Of a stretch of DNA of 64,000 nucleotides, positions 36,592 to 46,677 are shown piece by piece. The notes under the pieces are model-generated. The model searched no databases. It saw nothing but the letters and a program-made list of their open reading frames with translations, and had not been told where the DNA came from. Each line of letters begins with the position of its first letter. The first letter of the stretch is position 1. A program made the translations under genes and the position numbers. Source of the DNA: Saprospiraceae bacterium (GTDB lineage: Bacteria; Bacteroidota; Bacteroidia; Chitinophagales; Saprospiraceae); contig JBLIDB010000001.1 of NCBI GenBank assembly GCA_047634015.1, positions 16,094 through 80,093 on the forward strand, written 5' to 3'.

Positions 36592-36606
36592 GATATTTCG
36601 ATTGTA

Positions 36607-38016
36607 TTATTTGTTGTAGTCTAAGACTTGTCCGGTAGCTATATCAAGATCTGTCTTAGCCGTAATTAGATCAAAAAGGGAGTTAATATATTGTGCTTGG
36701 GATTGATATAATGATCCTTCAGCTTGTGTTACTTCTACACTGCTTCCTACTCCTTCTTGGTATTTGATTTTAGATTTATTATAGATTTTTTCATTTAAGG
36801 AAAGTGCTCTTTTTGCGGCACTAATAGAGGATTTTGCATTGTTAAGATTTTGTTGCGCATTGATAACTTGAAGGGTCATAGCTCTATCAAATTCACTTAA
36901 CTCTATTTCTCTTTTTGCAATTTCTATTTTTTTCTGTTCTATTTTACTTTTCGTGTATCCTCCATCATAAATTGGAATTCGAGCACTTAGGCCTATAGAG
37001 CCATTTCCAAGAAATCCAGCTTCATTGCCATTGAATAATCCATTTCGACTAAGTGTTTGTCCATAGCCTACTTTAGCAGAAACGCTAGGGATATATCCTT
37101 GCTTAATTCTTACAAGGTCGGCTTGATCGAGGTCTATTGCTTGTATTAATAATTGATGTTCTGGTCTTCTTTCTACGGCTATCGTTGCTATGTACTCATT
37201 AGGATTTATAAGCAGTAATTCAACTTCTTTTTCGAGATCTCCGGTGATGATTAGTTCTTGAAGCACCGGATACGCCATTTGATATTTTAGTACATTATAA
37301 CTTACTTCAACAAGGCGTTGTATTTTCTCTTTTTCGATACTAAGATTTTCTAACGAAAGTTGTAATCGATCTACATCAAGTTCTTCAGCGAATCCGTTTT
37401 CATAAATAATGCGAGTTTCCCTAAGCGCATTTGTAATATTATCAATGTTATTATTTATTATACCGATGTTACGTTGAACGACGAGTACGTTCTGATATGC
37501 CCTTGTGACATTAGATATAATATCTTGTTCTGTTAGCTTTACTTGATTAGCGGAAAGGCTCATAAATTTCCTGGCAGCTTTTAGTCCTTTTAGAAAGTTG
37601 CCATCGAATACTAAAACCTCTCCTTTCAAGCCAAAGTTTAAAGATTGCTTTTGCTGAAAAGCAATATTAAAAGTTTGGGGATCAGGAATATTATTAGGTG
37701 TAATAGTTCCATTTTCAGTGGTAACCTTTTCGCCTACTAAGACGCCATAGACTGCTGGTGAAATAAAATCTTGTACTGGTGATTGAGGTAACTGATAGAA
37801 GTATGTATAATTCACATCACCATTGAAGCGAGGCATGCCTATAGACTTCGCTTCCTTGTATTGCCACTTACTATTATCATGATCTAATTTGGCAACTTTC
37901 ATTTTGGAATGATTCTCTAATGCGTAATCTATCGCTTGCGTCAGTGTATAATTGTCTTGCGCATTGAGCGAGAAGATGGAAAACAGGAGATATATTATTA
38001 AAGTGTATCGCTGCAT
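36607..38016 (-). CDS. TolC-family outer membrane efflux protein
   Basis: Signal peptide and two tandem OEP repeats. 469 aa. It lies in the operon with the MFP and RND genes. Confidence 0.85.
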   Translation of the reverse strand: MQRYTLIIYLLFSIFSLNAQDNYTLTQAIDYALENHSKMKVAKLDHDNSKWQYKEAKSIGMPRFNGDVNYTYFYQLPQSPVQDFISPAVYGVLVGEKVTTENGTITPNNIPDPQTFNIAFQQKQSLNFGLKGEVLVFDGNFLKGLKAARKFMSLSANQVKLTEQDIISNVTRAYQNVLVVQRNIGIINNNIDNITNALRETRIIYENGFAEELDVDRLQLSLENLSIEKEKIQRLVEVSYNVLKYQMAYPVLQELIITGDLEKEVELLLINPNEYIATIAVERRPEHQLLIQAIDLDQADLVRIKQGYIPSVSAKVGYGQTLSRNGLFNGNEAGFLGNGSIGLSARIPIYDGGYTKSKIEQKKIEIAKREIELSEFDRAMTLQVINAQQNLNNAKSSISAAKRALSLNEKIYNKSKIKYQEGVGSSVEVTQAEGSLYQSQAQYINSLFDLITAKTDLDIATGQVLDYNK

Positions 38017-38624
38017 TATTCGAAAAATTTATAGTCTTTTAAATGTTCATGGCCATAAGAAGAGAGAAGGCCATATAGATGATACATAACATGTTGTTTG
38101 ACCAACGCTTGGGGATCAAAGTCTTTGAATGAAACAATTACATCATCGGCAATAGCCCATGAAGAAGCAACATAAAATGTACTCACTAAATCTGGATCCA
38201 GATTCTGGCGATAATATCTTTCTTCCATGCCCCTTTCTATGTTGGATTTGATTTCTGCTTTGAGAAAAACATTATGAAAGTCTTTTGAGAGTTTCCATTG
38301 CAAAGGATAATATTTCCGCATATCATAGATAAAAGAAGGTCCAAGATCTTTTAGAATAGTAAGAAAGTATTCTGCTATTTGTACCATTTCGTCAATGGCG
38401 TTGACACTTTTGGATTGGATACTAGCAAATACATCAGCATCTCTTTTTTGCTGTTGCTCAATTGCTCCTTGAATTAGAGCTTCCTTATTGGCATAGTACT
38501 GATATAAGGTTTTTTTGCTCATGCCAAGAGATTTGGATATATCATCCATACTCACAGATTTGACCCCATATCGCATGAAGCGCTCAAGGGACTTTTCTGT
38601 AATCTCATGAAGTGTCTCATTCAT
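38016..38624 (-). CDS. TetR/AcrR-family transcriptional regulator
   Basis: N-terminal HTH VSMDDISKSLGMSKKTLYQYYANKEAL. I chose the start at ATG 38624 because a -7 box overlaps the track's TTG start. Its stop overlaps the tolC-like start by 1 nt. Confidence 0.85.
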   Translation of the reverse strand: MNETLHEITEKSLERFMRYGVKSVSMDDISKSLGMSKKTLYQYYANKEALIQGAIEQQQKRDADVFASIQSKSVNAIDEMVQIAEYFLTILKDLGPSFIYDMRKYYPLQWKLSKDFHNVFLKAEIKSNIERGMEERYYRQNLDPDLVSTFYVASSWAIADDVIVSFKDFDPQALVKQHVMYHLYGLLSSYGHEHLKDYKFFE

Positions 38625-38628
38625 CTTG

Positions 38629-38636
38629 CAAAAATA
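38629..38636 (-). promoter_or_regulatory. Bacteroidota -7 promoter box (TATTTTTG on the minus strand) for the tetR-tolC-MFP-RND operon
   Basis: Matches TAnnTTTG. There are 4 nt between the box and the ATG at 38624. Confidence 0.45.
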
Positions 38637-38650
38637 TATCAATTAAACTC

Positions 38651-38680
38651 AGGAAACTTCAAAAGGTTTTTAAGTTTCCT
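38651..38680. promoter_or_regulatory. Inverted repeat AGGAAACTT-N12-AAGTTTCCT, candidate TetR operator
   Basis: Perfect 9-bp arms spanning the expected -33 region of the tetR promoter. Confidence 0.4.
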
Positions 38681-38818
38681 TTAAAGAATTAAAGATGGGG
38701 ATTCGTTAATTATACGGCAATATGTATGGCGGATTTCGAAACTTTGAAATAAATGGACGTCAATTTTTTTTAGCTCCACTTTTGAGTCTTAATCATCTGG
38801 ATATACTATCTTGGTATT

Positions 38819-39916
38819 ATGAGTGAGAAGATTACGATTCTTGGATGTATGTCTGGCAGTTCTCTTGATGGATTGGATATGGCTGTTTGTGAGTTTGAGG
38901 GTTCTACAATTGAATCTATTCAGTGGAAATGTTTGTTAGCTGATACAATGGCGTATCCTAAGTCTTTGCAAGAGAAACTTGCTGGTGCTACAAGTCTTAG
39001 TGCAAAGGAATATTTGGAATTGGAGGTGGAATTTTCTGAATTCTGCGCATCTGCAATTTTACAGATCGTTGAAGATGAGCGGCTTGAAGTAGACTATGTT
39101 GCGTCCCATGGGCACACTATATTTCACTATCCAGATCTGAACTTTACTGCGCAGATAGGATCCGCTGCAACGATTGCTGAGCTGACCGGAATACCTACGA
39201 TCAATAACTTCAGAGCGAACGATATAGCAAAAGGAGGGCAGGGAGCACCACTTGCGCCAATTGCAGAGCAATGGATCTATTCGGGATATGATTTATATAT
39301 AAATCTTGGCGGGATCGCTAATGTGAGTTACCATAATGGTGAATTGATTACATCATTTGATAGTTGTCCATGTAATCAAGTATTGAATGTGCTTGCTAAA
39401 GAGAAAGGACTTGAATATGATAGTGGAGGAAACATTGCAAGACGGGGTACTATTATAGAAGAGATCTTAGATGAAAGTCTAACAACTGATTATATGGCTT
39501 TGCCCGCGCCTAAATCTCTGGATAATACTTGGGTAATGAATGATTTTGCGCCAAGTTATTTGGATCAGAAAAGTGCTGTCGAAGATCGATTAGCGACAAT
39601 GACGGAATTCATTGCTATACAGTTGTCATTGGATATCAAACGTATGACTGCGGCAAGGCCCAATGATAAATTAACAGTTCTTGTCACAGGAGGAGGAACT
39701 CATAACAAATTCCTTATCGAATCTCTTGATATGCATACGGGAGATCTGATTGCCATTGTTAAGCCGGACGAAATGACGATAAATTTTAAAGAAGCAATCT
39801 TAATGTCATTCATGGGATATCTAAGGATGCAAAAGGTGCCCAACACACTTCCTTCTGTGACAGGAGCAAGTAGTCCAACATTAGGTGGTAGTTTGAGTAT
39901 TCCGCTCAAAGCCTAA
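38819..39916 (+). CDS. anmK: Anhydro-N-acetylmuramic acid kinase
   Basis: N-terminal GCMSGSSLDGLDMAV (the MSGTSxDGxD motif), GGQGAPL and GGGTHN motifs. 365 aa. Confidence 0.9.
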   Translation: MSEKITILGCMSGSSLDGLDMAVCEFEGSTIESIQWKCLLADTMAYPKSLQEKLAGATSLSAKEYLELEVEFSEFCASAILQIVEDERLEVDYVASHGHTIFHYPDLNFTAQIGSAATIAELTGIPTINNFRANDIAKGGQGAPLAPIAEQWIYSGYDLYINLGGIANVSYHNGELITSFDSCPCNQVLNVLAKEKGLEYDSGGNIARRGTIIEEILDESLTTDYMALPAPKSLDNTWVMNDFAPSYLDQKSAVEDRLATMTEFIAIQLSLDIKRMTAARPNDKLTVLVTGGGTHNKFLIESLDMHTGDLIAIVKPDEMTINFKEAILMSFMGYLRMQKVPNTLPSVTGASSPTLGGSLSIPLKA

Positions 39917-39974
39917 TGAAACTATATCCAACAAAAAGAGAAATTTTGGGAAGCCAAGCCGTAAGCACCTCTAT

Positions 39975-40640
39975 TTGAAAAGTTTACAGAAGCTTATACT
40001 AGATTCGCTTTCTGCGTTCAGTATACTTCCGAAATCTTATTATCAATCAACTAATGTCCTTGAACTCTCTCGAGACTTACTGGGTAAGATAATCGTATCC
40101 CAATTTGGTGATATTTCTATGGCCGGAAGGATAGTAGAGACGGAAGCTTATAGAGCTCCAGAGGATAGAGGATCTCATGCTTTTGGTAATAAAAGAACAC
40201 CGAGAACGGAGACCATGTATAATGAAGGAGGTAGCGCCTACATTTATCTTTGTTACGGCAGGCATCACCTATGTAATGTCGTAACTGGACCAAAAAAAAA
40301 CCGCTCATGCTGTGCTAATAAGAGCTATTGAACCAATAGCGGGAATATAGATACAATGATGGAGCGAAGAAAGGTGAAAAAATCATCTGTCCAGCTAACT
40401 AATGGACCTTGGAAGTGGACATCTGCTATGGGGATTACAACATCAAGCAATGGCATTATTTATTGGGAGGAAAATAGCCCGATAAGAATCTATCAAGGGG
40501 ATAATATAAATCATAGTTATATTATTGCAGGACCCAGAGTGGGTATCAAGTATGCTCAGGCTTGGGCGCATATGCCATGGAGATACAGAATTAAGGACAA
40601 TATTTATACCAGTAAGCCCGAGAATGTGAATTATGATTAA
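39975..40640 (+). pseudogene. DNA-3-methyladenine glycosylase (Mpg/AAG family) broken by two frameshifts
   Basis: Frame 0 reads IVETEAYRAPEDRGSHAF...YIYLCYGRHHLCNVVTGPKK up to an A9 run (40292-40300). The conserved AHAVLIRAIEPIAGI is in frame +1 and ends at a TAG. Frame 0 resumes with IDTMMERRK...NGPWKWTSAMGI...PRVGIKYA...PWRY. Confidence 0.8.
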
Positions 40641-40755
40641 ATCAGGGTACTACATTTGTTTCATTTTCCTTTAGATTCGAGAGAGGATTATAGGAGTGAA
40701 ACATTAATCTATTCTTAACTGACAATATTTGAACAAATACGTCATTATAGTACAT

Positions 40756-42024
40756 ATGCAACGATTCAAAATTGTTATTCTCGCCCTTTGCAGTTTTACC
40801 ATGGTGTTTTCTTTAGTTGCCCAAGAGGAGTTGCTTTATGAAGATCATATATACTTAGAACATATCAAGTCTGTCCAGCTGAGCCACCAAGGATTGAGTA
40901 CATCTTTACCGCTTGTGGATCTTGGTTCTTCAGCGAAGTTGAAACTTTCATTTGATGATATTTTAGGGGGTGATAGAGAATATACATATCGCTTGATCCA
41001 TTGTGATAAAGATTGGCAACCATCGGAATTGGATGAATCTCAATATTTAGATGGGTTCAATGATGAAGAGATTAGAGATTATGAATATTCGATCGGTACT
41101 CGCATAGATTTCACTAACTATACGCTGGAACTTCCCAATAATGACGTCAATTGGCGTATTTCAGGCAATTTTCTATTGGTAGTTCGAGATAATGATTCTG
41201 ATGAATTGGCCTTTTCGCGCAGATTTATGGTGGCTGAAAAACAAGTTGTTGTAAATGTAGATATAAAAAGAGCCCTCTTAGCCAGCAAATCATTGACACA
41301 CCAAGAATTGATAATTGCTATTAATAATAGGAACTTTCCCGTCTCTAATCCTCAGCGGGAAATTTTCGTTACCGCGATTCAAAATGGTAGGTGGGATATC
41401 GCCCAAGAAAATATAATCCCACAGTTTGTAATCGGAGACCAAATAGAATTCAATAGGGCAAAGAGAATAAGTTTTCCGGCATTCAATGAGTTTAGAGGAG
41501 TGGATATACGCTCCTTGCGGTCACGCGGATTTGGTGTTCGCAACATTGAAGTGAAAGAAGATGGTATTCGAATGATAGTTGAAAAGGATCGAAAGAGACA
41601 GGGTATTACGTATTCAAATGTAAGTGACTTAAACGGAAATTATATAATTCAATCTTTAGAGTACAATCAAGATCATATCAGGAGTGACTATATAGAGACC
41701 TCTTTCGCTATAGAGAACCGGGATATCATTCTTGATGGGGATGTATATCTGATTGGGAAGTTTACAGACTGGAAACCATTGGAGGAATTCCGGCTCAAAT
41801 ATGACTATGACTTGCAACTTTACTATGGCGGGGGATTATTGAAACAAGGCTATTACGATTATCAGTATGTAGTATTATATGATGATGAGACATATGATCC
41901 AAGCTATTTCGAAGGGAGTAATTTTGCTACGGATAATGATTATGTTGTATTAGTATACTATAGATCGCTTACCGGTCGATATGATAGATTGATCGGAGTT
42001 ACTAGTTTAATCTCGGAATTTTAG
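40756..42024 (+). CDS. Type IX secretion system plug protein family (DUF5103)
   Basis: Signal peptide, then YEDHIYLEHIKSVQL...LSFDDILGGDREYTYRLIHCDKDWQPSEL...SGNFLLVV. I recall this pattern from DUF5103/T9SS plug proteins. Confidence 0.65.
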   Translation: MQRFKIVILALCSFTMVFSLVAQEELLYEDHIYLEHIKSVQLSHQGLSTSLPLVDLGSSAKLKLSFDDILGGDREYTYRLIHCDKDWQPSELDESQYLDGFNDEEIRDYEYSIGTRIDFTNYTLELPNNDVNWRISGNFLLVVRDNDSDELAFSRRFMVAEKQVVVNVDIKRALLASKSLTHQELIIAINNRNFPVSNPQREIFVTAIQNGRWDIAQENIIPQFVIGDQIEFNRAKRISFPAFNEFRGVDIRSLRSRGFGVRNIEVKEDGIRMIVEKDRKRQGITYSNVSDLNGNYIIQSLEYNQDHIRSDYIETSFAIENRDIILDGDVYLIGKFTDWKPLEEFRLKYDYDLQLYYGGGLLKQGYYDYQYVVLYDDETYDPSYFEGSNFATDNDYVVLVYYRSLTGRYDRLIGVTSLISEF

Positions 42025-42153
42025 ACACTTTTCGGCACTTTCATCTATTCTCATCATAATTTGATATAAATATAGGTCTCACCTATCGATGGACTTTTAC
42101 CTTAGCCTCCACAACGGAGATTTGATTTCTCTGATCAATCAAATTCAGGATTT

Positions 42154-43578
42154 ATGAGATGTATTTTACTTATTTTAATTATTGGGTTTTTAAATGTTCC
42201 AACTTTCGCTCAAGAAGTATGGGATTTGGAAAAGTGCCTTAGTTATGCGATTGAGCATAGTATCGATATACAGCAATCCGACTATCAAATTGATGATGCT
42301 GCTATTCAGACGAAGATCAGTGAAAGTCAGAGGTATCCAAGTTTAAATGCTGGAATAAGCACAAACTGGAACTCAGGCCGTACTGTAGATCCCACTACTA
42401 ATGATTTTAACAATGCAACGTTTTTTTCGAATGGATATCAGGTCAATTCTGGAGTGTTACTCTATGGTGGCGGAAGATTGAAAAAGTCAATCGAACAAAG
42501 TAGGGTTAATGAATCAGCCGCTGATGCCGACAAGTCTTCGATAATCAATACAATCACTCTGAACGTTGTAGGAGCATATTTTGAAGTCTTATTTGCAAAG
42601 GATAATCTATCCAATGCTCAGGTTCAACTTAAAACTATCAGGGATCAAATCGATCAAATGCAAAAAATGGTTGAGGCTGGAAGTAGAGCGCAATTCGAAA
42701 TATATGATTTAGAGGCGCAACAAGCTACCGCAGATCAGCAAATCACGCTCGCCGAAAATCGAATAGATTTGGGATTTTTAAACCTGAAAGGGTTGATGAA
42801 TTTTGACCCTTCATCTGAGTTGGATTTAGCAATTCCTCCTGTTGAGCAAAAAGTATACTCAGATCCCGAATTATCCTCATTTGAGGAGATATTAGAGAGA
42901 GTGGTATCCTCGAGACCGGAGTTAAGAGCCTATGATCTGCGTTTGGCAAGCGCTGAAAAGGGTGTAGAAATTGCGGAATCGCAGCTTTTACCAACTTTAA
43001 GTTTTGGAGTAAATTTTGGAACAAATTATTCTGCTCAGGCAAAAAAAGTAGATGGAGGAAATAGTGAAGATATATTCCAACAAGTCACTATCGATAATGT
43101 GCCTGCACTCTTGGGGACTTCACAGTTTGTTCCTAGCTCATTTAGTACGATCCCTTACATTGCACAAATAGCGGACAACAAGTCTTTAGGCTTTGGATTT
43201 AGTGCTAATATTCCGATTTATAACAACTACAATACGAAGGGGAATATAGAACGTTCTAAAATCAACGTATTAAATCAAAAAGCCGAAAGAGACAAATACA
43301 GTATCAACCTACGGAATACTTTAGGGCAGTTGATTACTGATGTTAAGGCAGCAAAGCGTAATTTGGACGCAGCAATTAAAGTTTTGTCGGCACGTGAAAT
43401 AGCATTTGAGAATGCAGAGAAAAGGTATAATCTGGGAGCAATAAATTCTTTCGATTATACCAGTATTCAAGATCAGATGAATCAAGGGCGAACAGATCAA
43501 ATCATTGCAAAATATGATTACATGCTGAAAGCAAAAGTTTTAGATTTTTATCAAGGATATCCAGTAAGTCTTAAGTAA
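42154..43578 (+). CDS. TolC-family outer membrane efflux protein
   Basis: Signal peptide and two OEP repeats. 474 aa. Confidence 0.85.
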   Translation: MRCILLILIIGFLNVPTFAQEVWDLEKCLSYAIEHSIDIQQSDYQIDDAAIQTKISESQRYPSLNAGISTNWNSGRTVDPTTNDFNNATFFSNGYQVNSGVLLYGGGRLKKSIEQSRVNESAADADKSSIINTITLNVVGAYFEVLFAKDNLSNAQVQLKTIRDQIDQMQKMVEAGSRAQFEIYDLEAQQATADQQITLAENRIDLGFLNLKGLMNFDPSSELDLAIPPVEQKVYSDPELSSFEEILERVVSSRPELRAYDLRLASAEKGVEIAESQLLPTLSFGVNFGTNYSAQAKKVDGGNSEDIFQQVTIDNVPALLGTSQFVPSSFSTIPYIAQIADNKSLGFGFSANIPIYNNYNTKGNIERSKINVLNQKAERDKYSINLRNTLGQLITDVKAAKRNLDAAIKVLSAREIAFENAEKRYNLGAINSFDYTSIQDQMNQGRTDQIIAKYDYMLKAKVLDFYQGYPVSLK

Positions 43579-43602
43579 AAAGGCGTATTAATAAAATAAC
43601 TC

Positions 43603-44961
43603 ATGGCTCGAAAAAAGAAAAAAAGTAGACGTTGGCTCATAATTGTTCTTGTTCTGGTATTAGCAGCACTTTTAGGCGCTTATTGGTTCAAGAAAAATGC
43701 GGAACCCAAAGGTGAAGAAATAGAAGTGGCTGAAGTAGAGAAGCGAACTATCAAGGAGACGGTCTCTGCGAGTGGTAGAATCTATCCCGAAGTAGAAGTG
43801 GTTATCAGTTCAGATGTCTCGGGAGAAATTGTAAACCTCTATGTAGAGGAAGGAGATTCTGTTGTTACTGGACAATTATTGCTAAAGATAGATCCAGAAG
43901 CATACCTTTCTACAGTGCAAAGAGGAGCGGCGAATCTGAATAATGCAAAGGCACAATTATCATCTTCCAGAGCGCAAATAGAAACGAACAGGGCTCAGAA
44001 AATGGAATTGGAAACGCAATTGAAACAAGCCAAACGCGTCCATGATAGAAACCGTGAATTGTTTAAGCAAGGAGTTGTTTCGCAAGCTCAATTTGATGAG
44101 ACACTAGCTCAAGTAGAAGCAACGCAAGCAAGTATTAATTCTTCAGATGCCGGGATTAGAGCCTCTTCTGAAAATGCTAAGGCGGCAGAATTTATGGTGG
44201 CAAGTAATGAAGCCTCTCTTCAGGAATTACGAACCAATCTGAGTCGCACATCTATAAAAGCACCAAACAGTGGTGTTATCTCAAGTCTATCAGTAGAAAA
44301 AGGAGAGCGAGTTGTAGGAACAGCCCAAATGGCCGGAACTGAAATTATGCGTATTTCTAATCTTAATACGATGGAAGCTCAAGTGGAAGTAAGTGAAAAT
44401 GATATTTTAAAGGTTTCATTTGGAGATAAAGTAGAGATAGAAGTAGATGCATATATAGATAAGAAATTTGCAGGTACTGTTACTGAAATTGCAAATAGTG
44501 CTACTAATGTGGCAGGAACAACTAGTGCCACTGCTTCGTTGAACACTGACCAAGTGACTAATTTTATAGTTAAGATTAGATTGGATCCTGCGTCATATGC
44601 CTCTGAAGTGGCAAGTGGGATTCAGTATCCATTCAGACCAGGAATGTCAGCATCTGTAGATATTATTACAGATGTAAGAGAGGATGTTCTCACAGTTCCT
44701 ATTCAAGCGGTTACTGTTCGATTAGAAGATGAAGATGCTGATGAAGAGAAATATGATGAAGTAGTATTTACGAACGAAGCAGATACGGTTAGAAAAATAA
44801 AAATAACTACAGGTATTCAGGATGATGAATACATAGAGATAACGAATGGTGTGGAAGATGGCCTATCAGTAGTTAGTGGCCCTTATAGTTCGTTGTCGAA
44901 AGTGCTTAAAGATGGCACCAGTATTAGAATAAAAGAAGAGGATAAGAAAAAAGACGAGTAA
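43603..44961 (+). CDS. Efflux periplasmic adaptor (HlyD/MacA-like) with a long coiled-coil hairpin
   Basis: N-terminal TM anchor, lipoyl motif, about 120-aa heptad-rich alpha-hairpin and a beta-barrel C-terminal part. Confidence 0.85.
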   Translation: MARKKKKSRRWLIIVLVLVLAALLGAYWFKKNAEPKGEEIEVAEVEKRTIKETVSASGRIYPEVEVVISSDVSGEIVNLYVEEGDSVVTGQLLLKIDPEAYLSTVQRGAANLNNAKAQLSSSRAQIETNRAQKMELETQLKQAKRVHDRNRELFKQGVVSQAQFDETLAQVEATQASINSSDAGIRASSENAKAAEFMVASNEASLQELRTNLSRTSIKAPNSGVISSLSVEKGERVVGTAQMAGTEIMRISNLNTMEAQVEVSENDILKVSFGDKVEIEVDAYIDKKFAGTVTEIANSATNVAGTTSATASLNTDQVTNFIVKIRLDPASYASEVASGIQYPFRPGMSASVDIITDVREDVLTVPIQAVTVRLEDEDADEEKYDEVVFTNEADTVRKIKITTGIQDDEYIEITNGVEDGLSVVSGPYSSLSKVLKDGTSIRIKEEDKKKDE

Positions 44962-45036
44962 TCATTTTTTTAAGACTTGTATTTAATTGACTGCATAGGC
45001 AAATATATCTTCTTGTAGAATAGAAAGTAAAATCGC

Positions 45037-45648
45037 GTGAATATCCAATGTGAAAGGGGGATTATACTTTTTGTCAGAAAACCAGAACTTGGAAAAGTGA
45101 AGACTCGTTTAGCCGCTGAGGTAGGTAACGAGGAGGCTCTTGAGATTTATAATATATTGCTAGCTCATACTAAGGAGGTTGTCTCTAAGGTAGATGCGCG
45201 TGTCTATGTATTTTATGCTGAAGAGGTAGTTCAGGATGACTTATGGACTTCAGTTGCATATTCTAAGGAGCTTCAAGTAGAAAGAGATTTAGGTGGTAGG
45301 ATGCTTGTAGCGTTTCAAAGTGTATTACATAATTGCCGAAACGTTCTAATCATAGGAAGTGATTGTGCTCAATTAAGACCCAGACATTTAGAAGAGGCTT
45401 GGTGTAAATTAGAATCTTCAGATGTTGTAGTAGGACCCAGTCTTGATGGTGGATACTATTTGTTGGGGATGAAAAGGGCACATGATAATTTGTTTCTGGA
45501 TATACCTTGGAGCACTGATGCCGTCGCAAATGTAACCCGAGAGCGGGTTACAAAATTGGAGTTATTATTAGAGGAAATAGAAGTTCTTTCTGATATAGAT
45601 TATAAAGAAGATTGGGACAGGTATGGAGCTTCATTTATATTAAAGTGA
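45037..45648 (+). CDS. DUF2064 / TIGR04282-type glycosyltransferase-like protein
   Basis: N-terminal IILFVRKPELGKVKTRLA and IGSDCAQL, DGGYYLLG motifs. GTG start. Confidence 0.65.
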   Translation: MNIQCERGIILFVRKPELGKVKTRLAAEVGNEEALEIYNILLAHTKEVVSKVDARVYVFYAEEVVQDDLWTSVAYSKELQVERDLGGRMLVAFQSVLHNCRNVLIIGSDCAQLRPRHLEEAWCKLESSDVVVGPSLDGGYYLLGMKRAHDNLFLDIPWSTDAVANVTRERVTKLELLLEEIEVLSDIDYKEDWDRYGASFILK

Positions 45649-45786
45649 CTAAAGAACGAACCAAGATGGCTACGAAAAACTGATTGACAGCCAGGTACTT
45701 CGACGTTTTCTCTTTCGTTGGGGCAGTTTTCTCGACAATCAGCCGAATTCTTAAATCACATCATTAGAGCCATTATAAGAATAGAC

Positions 45787-46677
45787 TTAAGAATGTGAGT
45801 CAATCAATTGTTGAATTTCTTCTTCTGATATTTCTGGTGTGCCTCCACGTTTAGAGGCAGTAATACTGCCTACAGCGCAAGCATAACGCAATGCTTCTTC
45901 GATAATATCTCCTTTCAGTTTTCGAGTTATATATGCAGCTAAAAATCCATCCCCTGCACCAACAGTGTCCTTAATATCCGTAGGAAATACGGATTGAATA
46001 AAAAAGGAATCCCCATCATAACAGATTGCCCCTTCAGCTCCAAGAGTAGCAATTACTTCGTTATAATTGTAATGTTTTTGAATTGCTATTATTTGATCTT
46101 TCTGTGATAGCTCTGAGTATCCAAGCCATGTAGCGAGCATGAGAAGTTCCGATTCATTCATACGTAATGTATCAGCAGACTCAACCATTTGCATGATTGT
46201 TGATTGCCCATAATTTCCAGCCCGTAGATTGATATCGCAAATCTTATTCTTTGCATGTGGAAGTAGGCTAAAAAGGGTAGACCGCGATCTTTCATCTCTT
46301 AGAGCAAGACTACTATAGGCCAAAGCTTTACTTGATTTGACCAAATCGATTATTCTCTGATCTACCTGAATATCATCCCAAGCCACGGGTCTTACAATAT
46401 TATACTTTGGTTCTCCTTTTGAGCTAAGTTCTATTTCCACTTTACTTGTCTCTAAGGACTTGTGTCGCTGGATGAAATGAGTATGATTGACCTTATTCGC
46501 AACAGTTTTTAAAAGTTCATCACCAAGAATATCATTACCGATAGATGTAACAATAAATGCATCAAGCCCAAGACTATCCGCTCTGTTTACTATATTAAAT
46601 GGAGCACCCCCTACGACTTTTCCATTGGGAAGCATATCCCAAAGTAATTCTCCGAAACAAACTAAATCTACTTTCAT
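45787..46677 (-). CDS. PfkB-family carbohydrate kinase
   Basis: N-terminal GGAPFN and C-terminal DTVGAGDGFLAAY motifs. 296 aa. Confidence 0.85.
   Translation of the reverse strand: MKVDLVCFGELLWDMLPNGKVVGGAPFNIVNRADSLGLDAFIVTSIGNDILGDELLKTVANKVNHTHFIQRHKSLETSKVEIELSSKGEPKYNIVRPVAWDDIQVDQRIIDLVKSSKALAYSSLALRDERSRSTLFSLLPHAKNKICDINLRAGNYGQSTIMQMVESADTLRMNESELLMLATWLGYSELSQKDQIIAIQKHYNYNEVIATLGAEGAICYDGDSFFIQSVFPTDIKDTVGAGDGFLAAYITRKLKGDIIEEALRYACAVGSITASKRGGTPEISEEEIQQLIDSHS

Noticed and set aside
45670-45765. Pairs of about 9-nt complementary segments (GAAAAACTG/CAGTTTTC and CTGATTGAC/GACAATCAG) in the convergent intergenic region, which suggest a pseudoknot or sRNA.
   Set aside because: Each pairing has a mismatch, the arm order does not give a simple hairpin, and no promoter box or terminator was seen. 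It could be chance in a short region.
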